Assembly (NCBI GenBank): GCA_977018835.1
Contig: OZ361259.1
Location: 3,100,001 to 3,164,000, forward strand
DNA from: Minutocellus sp. GHC0000111
Taxonomy: Eukaryota
Length of the DNA: 64,000 bases
Reading direction: 5' to 3'
Position 1 is the first letter of the stretch, and the number at the start of each line of letters is the position of its first letter. Below, piece by piece: positions 1 to 11,605 of the stretch. Position numbers and translations under genes: made by a program. The notes beneath the pieces were generated by a model that was given only the letters and a program-made list of their open reading frames with translations, did not search any database and was not told the origin of the DNA.

Positions 1-132
1 TCGCAAAAGTGTGTCTAAAGTTAGCAGATCTTCATCAATAGGAGGGAATCGCAAAAGAGTGTCAATACATGGAAGCACAATCAACATGGAAAGCTTCCGT
101 TTGCCATTATCGTTCCAATTTATTGTGGCTCG

Positions 133-869
133 TCAGCTACTATTAGCCTCTTCTATTTGCCTCTTCCTATCAAGATCGAGCTCGAGATATCGAAGCAAGC
201 TCAGCAGAGTGGCGAAGGGGCCTATCACTGGTCGGCACTTTTTAGCCACAGCATTTGCCTCATCAACTCCCAGGTTCGCCTTATACATCAAATAAGCGAC
301 TCCACATGTTCCCGCCCTATGTGCACCCGCGAGGCAATGGACAAGCACGCTATGGCCGGCTGATATGTTTTCATCTATAAACTTGAAGACGGGTATGAAT
401 CCATCAAGGGCTCCCTCACCAGTGCGATGATCGAAGGAATTGCGGGACACAGCAAGGCGGGCAACTGGAAAGCGAAAGTAGGTAATGGTTGGATCCTTTT
501 CGAAATAGTTTTGGCTGTCTTGATCCTGACAGTTGAGCACACAGGTGATGCCCCTTTCGTCCAGTGTCTTTCTATTTGAAGCGGCGACGTAATTTCTACA
601 TACACCGTGCCACCATTTTCAGATGGATGGCGCCAAATTGCATCTAAGTTGGACCACCGGTGCCTCGAACATGGCTGAAGATTGAGCTTGGCGAATAGCT
701 TTCGCGCCTCCTCGTCATAATCAGTGGCGTCAAGACGGCGAGCGGCTGCAATCAGCTCGTCCTTTTCGACGTACGAAGAACAGTCGTGTCCCCGAAGGGC
801 CAACAACTGACGCAAGTCGCGGACGGATAGCGCGTCGTAGTCTGTTGTTGTTGCAGCTGCTGCAGACAT
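133..869 (-). CDS. Dual-specificity protein phosphatase with N-terminal SAP/ARMET_C-like motif; -1 frameshift near 596
   Basis: ORF 375-869 runs to ...GGTVYV, then the other frame continues (G)NYVAASNRKTLDERGITCVLNC...VLVHCLAGAHRAG (HCx5R loop). Adding one G (GTA GGA AAT) joins both ORFs. Confidence 0.85.
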
Positions 870-1219
870 GATGTCGAATCAAGTAATGATTTCGTTCTGA
901 GATGAATAATTGGTGGGATGAGTCGGGGTATTCTCTTTGCTGCTCCGCATGCATCAAGCAAGTTGATGTGAAAGATGCGGCGGGAGATCTTCTGCGAGCG
1001 AGCAATCAAGTAGTTTTGTTTTCATAAGCACTAAACCTTCAATTAATCACTAGATCAAGATTTTCCCTCGCATTACCAGTGGGTATTCTCTTCTTCTTGG
1101 CTGCCGAACCGGACAAGCAATCTCTGAGACGACGATGCCTAGATCCACATGATACAGGTAACACTCATCGTAGGTCCTGTGATTTGAAAGAGCTCCACTC
1201 CTTATGAATTGCAGGCCTG

Positions 1220-2965
1220 TCATCTCTCAAAGTCGTGCTCGCCCGCAATGATCAGATCATCGTTGCAAATTTCAAATGGATCTGGAGCAATGAATGTTTT
1301 CTTCTCCCCTCCTAGTAACGGTAGCGACAGCTTGTGTGCATGAAGACACATTCGATGGCACTCTGGCACATCAAGGGCGACATTTGATCTCGCCTTGCGC
1401 AAATCCTCAGTTGGTACATACGTTAAATCGCCAACAATTGGGTTGTTCAGAAGTGCGAGATGAAGCCTCAACTGGTGTCGACGGCCAGTCCTCGGTTGAA
1501 GCAAAACCTTGCTAACTTGCTTGCCTCTATACGTTCCCTTCCAAAGGACTACACATCGTGTCAAGGACGGCTTAAAGTCCAAACTATGCTTTCTTGCGTC
1601 ATTCGGCGTTGAAGTGTAGTAATCTTTGAAGGGATGCGAGGACGACATTGACGATTCATCCAAATATACGCGAAAGTGACCGGAAACCTCACAGAGCGGG
1701 GCATGAATGTAGAATGCATTGTCGTCCTCTCCTTTGATGCGAAAGAAAATTGGCAAGGTACGACTTGCGGTTGTCGCAATATCATCTGTACCATTCGACG
1801 ATCCGCCATCTTTAGAAATAACTTCAACATCCTTCCCCTTTGACACGATATGCTTTTCCTTCTCTTGTTGTTTCTTTTCAGAAAGAGCCGAATTGTAGAT
1901 TTTTGCCATATCTTGAAATATCTGCACATATTTGCCTTCTTTCTTCACTTCCTTCCACTTCATTGCCAGTAGTCTTGTTTCTTCATCTGCAGGGAGTGGA
2001 GGCTGTGGCTGAAGCAATTCGGATTCAAAATCAGTGGCGAGGCCTACAGCTCCTGTATCCGTCCGACTTCGTTTTCTCCTCTGTTCATTGTCATTGTTGG
2101 CCGAATGCATGGAAGCCGATCCCTCTAACCTATTCCGTTTGATGACATTCGTCTTCCATTTGCCAAAGATGGAGTGCACTGGCATGAATCCATCGAAAGT
2201 ACCCTTGTGTGCATTGCCTCTCTTTTTTCGATACGCCTTTTCCGTCGTTCCATCGGACCAACCAGACAGAGCGCTCTTGGAGAGGACAGGCATCGCTGCG
2301 CCATTTTCGCCGCCAATACTTTCGCCGACGTGTCCACAAACCACGGCCACATATTCCTTGGACGTCGTTCGTTCCTGGAATGCCCTGCAGGCTACGCTGG
2401 CTGCCTTGCGAGTTCGTGCTACCAGAAGTACGCCAGACGTTGCAAAGTCAAGCTGATGGCACGGTCGGAGGGTATTGTCGGATAGATCGGAATGCTTGGC
2501 CAGCTTGGAGATTTGTTCGGCTAGTATAGCGTTGAATGATCCTCCGCCTGATGATGAAGATGACGACGAGGAAGTAGCGGCAGCATCGTGAAGAGATGGA
2601 GGCGGATACCAGTACGTCAAGAGCTTGTGTGCCGTGGCAGGATGAGGGCCGTCCATTCGCAAATCTGGAGGCTTGGCAATTGCCACGTAATTTTCGTCCT
2701 CGTACAAGACTAGAGACCTCGTCTTTCCGTCAGCATCCCCTGACGATGATGATGAGCCCTCCTGACCACCAAATGCACCAGTGGCGATTTGTCTCAGGAG
2801 GTGCTTGAGGTCGTGTTGATGAGGCTCTGGTCCTCCCCAACAGGGATTGTCCATCGGGACCGACTGTGACGAGGCCAACCGCACTGCCTCTTGCTCCTTG
2901 GCCGAAAGGCTCGTCGTCGTCCGAGCGACAGTAGCTGCTGCTGAAGTGGACGCCATCGTAGCCAT
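1220..2965 (-). CDS. RluA-family RNA pseudouridine synthase
   Basis: Motifs LYEDENYVAIAKP, HQLDFATSGVLLVAR, KEYVAVV, LQPRTGRRHQLRLHL, PIVGDLTY, RMCLHAHKL; intact 581-aa ORF. Confidence 0.92.
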   Translation of the reverse strand: MATMASTSAAATVARTTTSLSAKEQEAVRLASSQSVPMDNPCWGGPEPHQHDLKHLLRQIATGAFGGQEGSSSSSGDADGKTRSLVLYEDENYVAIAKPPDLRMDGPHPATAHKLLTYWYPPPSLHDAAATSSSSSSSSGGGSFNAILAEQISKLAKHSDLSDNTLRPCHQLDFATSGVLLVARTRKAASVACRAFQERTTSKEYVAVVCGHVGESIGGENGAAMPVLSKSALSGWSDGTTEKAYRKKRGNAHKGTFDGFMPVHSIFGKWKTNVIKRNRLEGSASMHSANNDNEQRRKRSRTDTGAVGLATDFESELLQPQPPLPADEETRLLAMKWKEVKKEGKYVQIFQDMAKIYNSALSEKKQQEKEKHIVSKGKDVEVISKDGGSSNGTDDIATTASRTLPIFFRIKGEDDNAFYIHAPLCEVSGHFRVYLDESSMSSSHPFKDYYTSTPNDARKHSLDFKPSLTRCVVLWKGTYRGKQVSKVLLQPRTGRRHQLRLHLALLNNPIVGDLTYVPTEDLRKARSNVALDVPECHRMCLHAHKLSLPLLGGEKKTFIAPDPFEICNDDLIIAGEHDFER

Positions 2966-3129
2966 CGATTTCGATTTATCATGGCAGATGGCAGCGACGA
3001 GCTGGCTCCTTCGATATGCGTCAGCAATACGTCGAATAGAAACGATTCACCACAAAATCAAGCGTTCCAAGGAACGAAGATGGCACACATCGTACAGTGT
3101 ATGCAGGAACTGATACCCAAAGTTCCACC

Positions 3130-5161
3130 ATGCAACGTCGTACCACAGGAGCCAGAGGTGGCGGCGTCGGTTCCTCGGGAGGAGATCACATACTGCCTCT
3201 AACGACGGCCGATGTCGAGCCAAATGCAGCATTGTCCGCATCTCCCAAGCAAGCCAATGGCGCTCCGACTCGTGCTACTACTCGTGCCAATGCCATCGCT
3301 ACCCCAAGCAAGATGAAGCTCCGTCGGCGGAAACGAAAGATGAAAAGCTCGGTGCGCAAAAGGAAGAGACTAGTGGCACGGCTGATTGTGTGTTCCTGCC
3401 TCTTTTTCACAGTTTTGATCGTCCTGGCAGTGTTCGGCCGTGGTCCGTTGGTCAGACGACGATCAGCCCGAGATGAGGAGGACGATCCCATTGCAGCACA
3501 TGTCGATACGGCAGCATTGTCCAAGGCCTACGGATACGTAACCGCCGATGGATACGCTCCTCTCCGATGCATGTTGTTTGACTTTGGTGACGAGCTGTCC
3601 AATCCCGATGCCAAATGTGACGACAGTCCGACACGAAAATTGCTCAATAGAGAAAAACTCGACACGTCTCTCGCGCTTGGGTTGCACTTTCTCACCCAGC
3701 ATCAACGACCTGCCGGCAATTTCGATTACGAGTTCGACTGGTCCAGTGGAGAAAATTCCGAGGACGATTCTCAGGTCCGTCAGGCGGGAGCCTTGTGGGG
3801 CCTGTCGCTGATATTTCACGACATGATGGACCACGTCGACGACGAGGTGGCCTCCTCGTCATCATCGTCTCCGTCTCGTGATGCCATCCTCAAGGATGTA
3901 ACGAAACGTCTCAAGAGTGGAATTGAATTCTTCCACAAGCACAGCCGTGTTTTGAACCGACCAATTGCCGACGATGACGGAGGATCGGCACTGGCGGGTA
4001 TCAATCGCATGCGATATGTGACCTATCCCGATGCCGAAGAGAATGATCAGGGCACACAGGCATTGCTTTGTTTAGCATTGATCGACTTTCTCCGTGGTAT
4101 GGGCAGTCCTGAGCAAGCTGCACGCGCTGGTCTGTCGGAGGATGATGTTGAAGAATACCGAGGGCTTCTGGACGAGTTTTTGTCATTCATGGTGATGCAG
4201 CACTCGGCACTATCGAACGATCGCTTTGCATCGTGGGACGAACTCGTGGCAGCGGGGACTCGTGCAATTGACAGTGGTATCTGGTACGGCGATAGACCCA
4301 AGGGCACCGAACAGACACCCGACCTACAAATGGAGAAGTGGTGGGACGAAAACATATTTACGGAGGGAGCATTCCATTCCAGATTTGGTTTACTTGGAGA
4401 GAGAAAAGGCAAGCCAAGTCCGTACTACGATGGCGAATCACTCCTCGCGGTGACCCAAGGCTTGCAAATACCTTGGACCTGCCTATGCTCATTTATGGCC
4501 CTTGGCTTCTGGGACGGCATCAAGTCTTCACGACATTCACGTTGATCAAGCATTGCGTGAGGACGAAGATTCGAATGATACCAAGGGCGTGTACCAATGG
4601 CTGAGCATGAGTCTATTCGAGTTATCGACGGTAACATTTGGTTCCGGCAGGAAAGAGCGTTTCGACCTTCCGGCTGCTCTCCAGAGATTATATCGAGTTG
4701 AGCAGTACGGTTCCTGGCTCACCGACCTTGCAGTATGGATGGTCGATGTACACGAAACCCTTCAAAAAGGAAAGAACACGGGCTATGCCTACGAGGGTAT
4801 CGTGCCAGCTTGGGTGTGGTCAACTCACATGATCAAAATCAAAAAGTTCGGACGGACCGATGAGAAGAATCTTGAAACGGCCCGAAAGCTCCATTGCACC
4901 GTCATGAAAGGCATGAGTAAGCTCCTGAGCTGGCAAGTTGGGAGCGGAGCGGAACAAGCTGATGAAAAGTGGGATGGTAAGACTGGCCTTGGTGGAGTAC
5001 AAAACTCGGCCGACGAAAGCGGATTGAGGATTGACGTGACCCAGCATCAAATGCACGCAACCATATTGACGAGACGATACGTGTTTCCCCGAAAAGGCTC
5101 GACATGGCCCTGGCCGCAAGCTGCGGACCCCGTAAAGGCGGCCGCCAAAGGAAAGTTATGA
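3130..5161 (+). CDS. Type II membrane-anchored alpha/alpha-toroid (six-hairpin glycosidase/terpenoid-cyclase-like fold) protein; +1 frameshift at 4454-4456
   Basis: Polybasic stretch plus TM helix (LIVCSCLFFTVLIVLAVF), then QRPAGNFDYEFD, VRQAGALWGL, PYYDGESLLA and GGVQ..LRIDVTQH. Removing one C from ACCCAAG gives VTKACKYLG and joins ORFs 3097-4545 and 4502-5161. Confidence 0.6.
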
Positions 5162-5666
5162 TTCGATAGTCATACGCCGAGGAAGCTACAAGCCGTTTGA
5201 ATTTTAAATCTCGATTAAATGTTATCATTTATTTGCCTCTCCTTGAATATTTTGGTTGTAACACATAGAAACGGGGAGTTCGAGCATTTCGTCGACCAAA
5301 AATCGCGGTTTTAAACCGATACCGGTCAAGAAATGCCCAAACCAAAAGGGTGTAGTAGTGAGTTAAAAATGCAAGCGAATGACACATTGTCATTCTTTGT
5401 CGGGAGGGTCTTATTGTTTGCTGTTGATTGATTAATGATTGAAGTTCTTCCTAAGTCCCATATAAAGATACTAGTTAAAAAATTGTGGTTGGATGAGAGT
5501 TGTGAGTGTGGATGCTGTTAAGTTTGTTGCTGCTGTGTTTTGATTGCGTTAATTGCCCCGGAGTAAAAGTTGATTGAAAGTTGGTTGGTGGTGGTAGCCG
5601 TCGCTGCGGGATGAAACCCGTCATTTCGTTTGATGAAAAATGCACGGACTTCCCCCCCCAGCATGT

Positions 5667-7908
5667 TCAAGCCTTGGTCGAAGCGATAGCGGCGCATGCC
5701 TCGAGAAGGGCGGGAAGCTTGGGCCCCTCCTTCTTCGTATCGTCGACAGTCCCCTTGCGCTGGTAGGTGTACCACTCGGAATCGGCGGCGCGGGGTCCGG
5801 AATCCTCCGAGTCGGAGTGGGCAGACGACGTGTCACCGGACTCATCACCAGCGTCGGGACCGGCACCACTGCCGGATGCCGACGCCTTGGTGAGTTGGAC
5901 GGGACTTGGCGACACGAGCTTGGGTAAGCTCGAGGGGTCCCGGGTGGTCGGCTTGGGGCTGATCAAAAAGGTCTTGGAAGGTCCTTTGCTGCTGCTGGTG
6001 TTGGGGATGTTGGAGTTGTGGGTGGTAGATGACTCCGACACTGAGCGGGTCATCGAAGTAGGCGGAACGGATGACATCTTGGTAGGTGCCTTGGTCGGCG
6101 TGACGGTGGGCTTGGGCGTTGACGGAGCAGGAACGGCGGGAGGAGTGCCCGCCACGGGTAGGGAGATGGTGAAGCCATCCTCGACACCGGCCCGGTCGCG
6201 GATGGCACCACCGGCCGAGGAGAAGGGCGAGGAAGGCGAGTTGCCCTGACGGGAGTGATGACGACGGGCTTGGGTGCTGGCACGGGGCTGTACTGCTCGT
6301 TGTGGACCGTAACGTGTGGGGAGTACTGCTGTTCCTCGGCAGACATCGGAGGCTGAGTGAGATCGAGGATGCGGGTCGGAGCATTGGCCGCAGCGGGGAG
6401 GGCGGCATGGAAGCTCGGCGCTCCTCCTCCACCGCCCATGGCCGTTTCGGCGGCGGCCCGGACCAGGAGGCGGCTCTGCTCCTCCATGGAGTGGGCCAGA
6501 CCATCCGTGTCGAGCTTGAGGTCGACCCCGACCAGGACCTCCTCCCCCTCGGCACCGTTGGAAGTGCCGGCAAACGTTCCGGTGATGGTACCTCCGGTGC
6601 CCAGGACGACGCGCATCGGCTCGGCATTCGGCCCGACCAGGACGGTAAGGACGGCCTCGAAGGTGAGGGGAGACGATCGCTCGTACAGACGACTGGCGCC
6701 GGAATCATTCTCGAGGGTCACCTGCCGGACCTTGATCCTCTTCTTGGGCTGGACGAGTTCCCGATCGGACGGCTGCTGGACGCGGAAGGCCGTCTTGACA
6801 TCGATCACGGACAGATCGGAGATGGTTCGGGCCAGGTATTCGATGGCGGTTGCCTCGGCGTAGTCGTATCCATCGTCCATGTCCTCGTCAAAGGATGCTG
6901 CTGCCATAGCCTCGTCGGCGTCACCCGCTTTGCCTCCGTCCGATCCCTCCTGCTGCCGCTCCTCTCTGGAATGCTCCAGCTGCTGGGCCATGAGGGCCTT
7001 CTTGAGGCGCAGAACCTTGGTGAGGGAGCCAACCCACGCGCTGTAGCGCCACTCCAGGGCGACGCTGAAGGCTTGGAGGACATTCCGGGCCATGACGTCG
7101 GTGGCCTCGGAGACTCCCTCGCGATGGTGGGTGAGGAGGGTCCGGCCGAGGAGGTCGGCCGGCGGCTGCATTTTCGGAGCATTGCTGCCGCTGTCTTTGC
7201 CGTCCATGGCGGCGGCCGCGGCGGCGTCTTCGGCGGCAAGGATGAGCCGACCGGTCGCGGCCGTCATGGTCCTCTTGGCCCTCTGATGGTTGCCATCGAT
7301 GGACAGAGACGGGCAGCTGAAAGCGAAGGGGGTGGTATCGCTGTTCATAGTGGAGTCTTTTTGTTAAGAAAAGGAGGGTGGGGTAGGTCCGGGATGATAG
7401 ATATTTAGTGACACGATGAGGTGTTGGGAGATCGATCGGCGAACAATGCCAGCATAAGATGTGTCATGACGTGCCCGCGGCATCAAAACACGCATATAAT
7501 GCATCAAGCACATATGCGAAGGCAACAATAATCATTTGCAGGCAACCGGGACGAAAACTTACCGTGGTACACCTCGTCCAAGGGCAGACGTCCAATGCAT
7601 TCCTCGGCCGCCGTAGTCGGCTTGTGACCGTGACGAGAACTAAGCATGTTCATGAGGAGCTGCGCATCGTTGCGCGTCGCCGACGCCTCGGCGGCATCAC
7701 TGGTGAGGGAGGTGCCCAGACGAGCCGCGAAGCCGATGAGGGCCAGGTGCTCCGTCATCATTGGGTCCATCCGGTACGTGCCGTGGCCCGTTGCTGCCGG
7801 TGCGGGGTGTTCCGCTTCGGGAATTTGCGTGTTCCGTCTCTTGAGGGGGTTGAAACTCGCGCCGCCCGGCCCCGCGAGGCCCAGGTCGGGACTTATCACT
7901 CCAGACAT
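5667..7908 (-). CDS. Diatom-type hypothetical protein, two exons (intron 7357-7562); -1 frameshift near 6252
   Basis: Exon 1 MSGVISPD...EVYH ends at G|GTAAG. Acceptor AAAAAG|AC restores VYHDSTMNSDTTPFAFSCPSL in frame. Adding one C (ITPRQGNSPSS) joins ORF 6050-7348 to 5667-6155, ending LPALLEACAAIASTKA. Confidence 0.7.
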
Positions 7909-8639
7909 GACAATTATTGCTTTGTTCCCTGCTCGGGGCGGGGATGGCCGTGCGGTTGTTGTTTTCGGCCTTGAATATGGTCTCACTTCACAGGAAAATC
8001 TCGGAAGAGCAATGCTGATCGGCTTGTGAATTCACTGGCTGCTGCTGCTGCGCGAGGCCGCGGGAGATCCAACTCACAGTAGACGTCCAATAAAATTCTT
8101 ATTCCATTCGAGTATTACAAAAAAACAATAAGTATTGGAGAATTTACCGAAGGAAAGCTAGAGGTGTTGAAGTTGATAAAATCACGCAATTTCTTGACAG
8201 CCAACTGTATCTACATAGGCCTATACATCCTTCGGACATTGGTAGTCTCTGCAATATTTTTCGAGACCATCCGAAATTAGGCCTGTCCTCCGTGCGTCAG
8301 TCTCGCCGAACTCTGTCGCGCCACTCAAAATACCGGCAGCAGGTGCGCGCTGAAACGCTCATGTGATGACACCAAAGTTGAATTAAATGTCAAAATTGAG
8401 TTTGATTTGGGAATTCATCGCCAAAGATTAAAAAAAATGTCCCAATGGCTTACCGGTAACAGTATTTTGAAGACTCTATTACTGTACATGTAGATCTGTA
8501 GATAATGATACATGTAACGAGCTGTCGGCTCGAAATTGATGCATGCTAGAACTTTTGACGACCGGTAGATCTACCTACCGGTGATAGGTAGCTACCGGTA
8601 GTAGGGGGGAATTCCTCTTTACTGTGGCAGATGGAGCAC

Positions 8640-9581
8640 TCAATGCCGATATTTCTTCTTCTTGGCCTTACCAGAGCCTCGTTGATTGTGATATCCGCCG
8701 CCTTTGCCAGACGATCCTCCCGCATAATATCCACGCTTCAATTCCTTCTCTACAATACTTTGCACTCCACCCTCTTCTCCATCGGCATCATCCATTCCAA
8801 GCCGACTTCCCTTCTTACGACCGCGTTTGCCCTTGGAGGCCAACTGTTCCTTGAGCTCGCGAGTTGCCAGTCGCTGGGCTTCGCTAACCCGTTCATGCAA
8901 AACCAGGACGGTTTCCTCGTCGAGCTTGTATTCTGGCAGCTTGGTTCCCAAGAGACCCTCCAGACGTTGGTACACTTCGACATCGTACTGCGTCACCATG
9001 GCAACGGCCTTACCGGATCGTCCTGCACGAGCCGTGCGGCCAACGCGGTGGATGTAATCCTTGCCATGACCAGGAAGGTCAAAGTTGATCACCACGTCCA
9101 CTGAGGGAATATCAAGACCTCGAGAGGCAACGTCGGTACAAATGAGAATGTCTCTTCCACCACTCTTGAACTTGGTAAGAGCACCAAGACGCTTTGGTTG
9201 GGACATCTGGCCATGCAAACATACCGCCGGAAAGCCGAGATTGCGAAGCATGAGAGCAAGACGTTGGACATTGTTGCATGTGGCACCGAATACGAGGATG
9301 GATTGACCCGCGTGCTCATTGATGAGGTATGTGAGATACACATCCTTGGCAGGAATGAAGAGGTACGATTGCAACAATTTCTTGGGCGTCTGAAATTTGG
9401 TCGATACCTCAATGCGGACGGGATCAGAAAGAGACGCCCTTTGTAGTTTCTGGACCTTGGAGGTCATGGTAGCCGAGAACAGCATAGTCCGCCGTCCCTT
9501 GGTGGAATCGGGGATGACCTCGAGAATCTCGTTCAGCTCGCGTTCAAAGTCCATACTGAGCATTCGATCGGCTTCGTCCAT
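8640..9581 (-). pseudogene. DDX47: 5'-truncated DEAD-box RNA helicase DDX47/RRP3
   Basis: Starts at motif II ([13 protein letters not shown]). [21 protein letters not shown] and [12 protein letters not shown] are present. The Q motif, motif I and Ia/Ib are absent, and only ~260 bp separate it from the next gene. Confidence 0.8.
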
Positions 9582-9843
9582 AAGCCGTATGTAGCCGTGC
9601 CCCCCTTGGCCGTGAATGAATTCGCCACTCGAAAAGCACGCGTGCAGAGCGGACGGAGACAGTGGTTACCGGTGCCCTCCTACTGGATCTATTTTTTTTC
9701 TACTTCACTTTCTTCTAAAGGTTAAGTCGATCTGATGAGCGTTTCTGCAGCAAATCGCCATACATGAGGTAGTCCGAGATCTACATGTAGACTCTAAGAG
9801 TCCTCTCCTGCTTTTCCCTGCTCCGCCGCCTGCAGCAGCAGAT

Positions 9844-11102
9844 TTACGATACCTCTTCTTTGATTTCAGCATCTGCGGCCTCTGCTGACCCATCGTCATT
9901 AATATACACCGGTACAACAGTCGATGAAATTGCCGATTTCCGTTGCTGCACAGCGCTGGTTCTGGAAACTACGACAGAATGCAATACCGACGCAGTCGTT
10001 GCATACATGTCACCGAGCTTTTTGCCCATGTTCAAATCGTCCTCATCCCCTGCTTCGCGATGGACTCTAAAAGTCCCCAATACCGTCTCCGCCAGAAGTC
10101 CCAAAGTGGATCTATTTGGATTGTCTTTGCGAAATTTTGCGTATCGAGGCCTCATGTAAATGAAAAAAGTAAAGGCTCCCTGGAGCGGAATCAAAAGCAC
10201 TACCAGAAACATGAGCGCGAACGGTGGCTGCTTGCCAACTGCGCTCATGGCCCGCGTTATTGTGGGGATTAACCATGTAATATAGAAACTCGAAACATAC
10301 CAGGCGGCTTGTTCCGCAACTTTTTGAGTCAGTTGGCGTCCCTTCTTTTCTGCGCCAGCACGCCATTTCCTCGACCGCTTCTCTTGATTGTGCACTTTCA
10401 ACAACACTGCCGTCATTAGACCAGTGATTGCAAAGATACAGATCCACAGCGGAATCCCGACGAAGACCCAACGATACAACTGGAATCTATTGACATTTGG
10501 ATCGCATTCGAGGCCTCCATCATTGCACGGAATTGGCCCAATGAAGCACCAAATTTGAACCGAATGGTACAGATCAAGAAAGATTCCAGCCAGAGAAAAG
10601 GCCAGTCCGAGCAATATCACAAAAACATGAGCAAAACGTTCTAGCTTCCGAAGTTCGCGTTCTTTGCGGCTATATCCGATGACAGCGTGGTGCTCGCCAG
10701 ATAATATGCGGCGAGCACCACGCTGTACATTGGAGCAACGAACGATAGCGCTAAAATGAACCCCTGCGCCGTGCATGTCCGTGTGTTGCCCCGAGCGTCG
10801 TACACATGCGCCGTGCCCTCTGGGATCGGCCACGTAGAGAGACCAAAGAAAATTGACGACAGCAAGGTCGTTATTGATACGCCAAGGATTAATCGATGGT
10901 AGATTTGGCTTCTCTTGTTGCGATCCCGAAGTACCTCGACAACAATGAATGCGGATCCAAGGAAGGAAATCAATCCGGTGACATGCGGTGTGATGGACAG
11001 CGCCTTGCGCTGGGCGAATGTGTAAGCAGATGTTACCTCTTCTTCTCCGCCAATCATAGTGCGCTGATGTGGATTTGTTGATGCGAATAATGGCGCGGCC
11101 AT
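9844..11102 (-). pseudogene. Diatom-type 7-TM GPCR-like protein disrupted by an 11-nt insertion
   Basis: TM1-3 (ISFLGSAFIVVEVLRD, YHRLILGVS, CTAQGF, YSVVLAAYYL) are in one frame. TM4-7 (WCFI, QAAWYVSSFYITW, PLQGAFTFFIYMRPRY) are in another. Deleting 10685-10695 restores YYLAVIGYSRKE. Confidence 0.85.
10682..10726. repeat. Perfect 17-bp inverted repeat with 11-nt loop
   Basis: ACAGCGTGGTGCTCGCC (10682-10698) / GGCGAGCACCACGCTGT (10710-10726). Confidence 0.97.
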
Positions 11103-11307
11103 GTACTGTAACGAGGCTTGGCTTGACTTTGGCTGCCTTGACTTGCTTTCGGCTTCTTTCTGCCTGTTTTGCGGTTGTCAAGGCCGGGAGCTTTTTGTAC
11201 CTCGCCACGGTCATCATGCAGAAAGTGGGAACAGACTGCAATGGAGGCGTTTGCAAGTTACCAATTGGTAGTTGAGTGCTCGTCCCCCCCCCCCCCCAAA
11301 AAAGCAC

Positions 11308-11532
11308 ACCCGCACAACACCGCACACTTCTATTCTGTGACCGCCTGACGAGCTGATGACGAGCCCGATTGCTCACACAGCGCGCGCGCCCAAGCACACA
11401 AGCAACCTCGAACCCGCACAACACCGCACACTCCTATTCGCCTGTGACCGCCTGACGAGCTGACGAGCTCGATTGCTCTTTCACGCCACACAGTCGAACA
11501 GCACGCCACACAGCGCAAGCACACAAGCAACC
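11308..11532. repeat. Imperfect tandem duplication (~100-120 bp unit) upstream of the MFS gene
   Basis: ACCCGCACAACACCGCACAC...CTGTGACCGCCTGACGAGCTGA...CGATTGCTC...CAAGCACACAAGCAACC occurs at ~11308-11407 and ~11412-11532. Confidence 0.9.
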
Positions 11533-11605
11533 CAGCCGCCGCCACCGTGCATTGGACTCCTGCACCGCACACAGCCAGCCCACACAACACATTCATTCAA
11601 GCACC

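Noticed and set aside
590..600. Programmed ribosomal frameshifting as the explanation for split ORFs
   Set aside because: Shifts go in both directions at unrelated short homopolymers, with no shared slippery heptamer or obvious downstream structure; sequencing error or mutation is simpler.
6302..7408. Long antisense or alternate-frame ORFs (also 38540-39295, 44985-45707, 46170-46967, 53660-54675)
   Set aside because: Shadows of GC-rich coding sequence on the opposite strand or frame; no independent motifs.
9844..11424. 526-aa ORF as one intact protein
   Set aside because: Its N-terminal half is out-of-frame GPCR sequence plus upstream repeat; only the part after the insertion at ~10685 is the real frame.
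11308..11532. Repeats as a CRISPR array
   Set aside because: Only two long imperfect units, no unique spacers, no cas genes, eukaryotic context; the same applies to 60286-60414.
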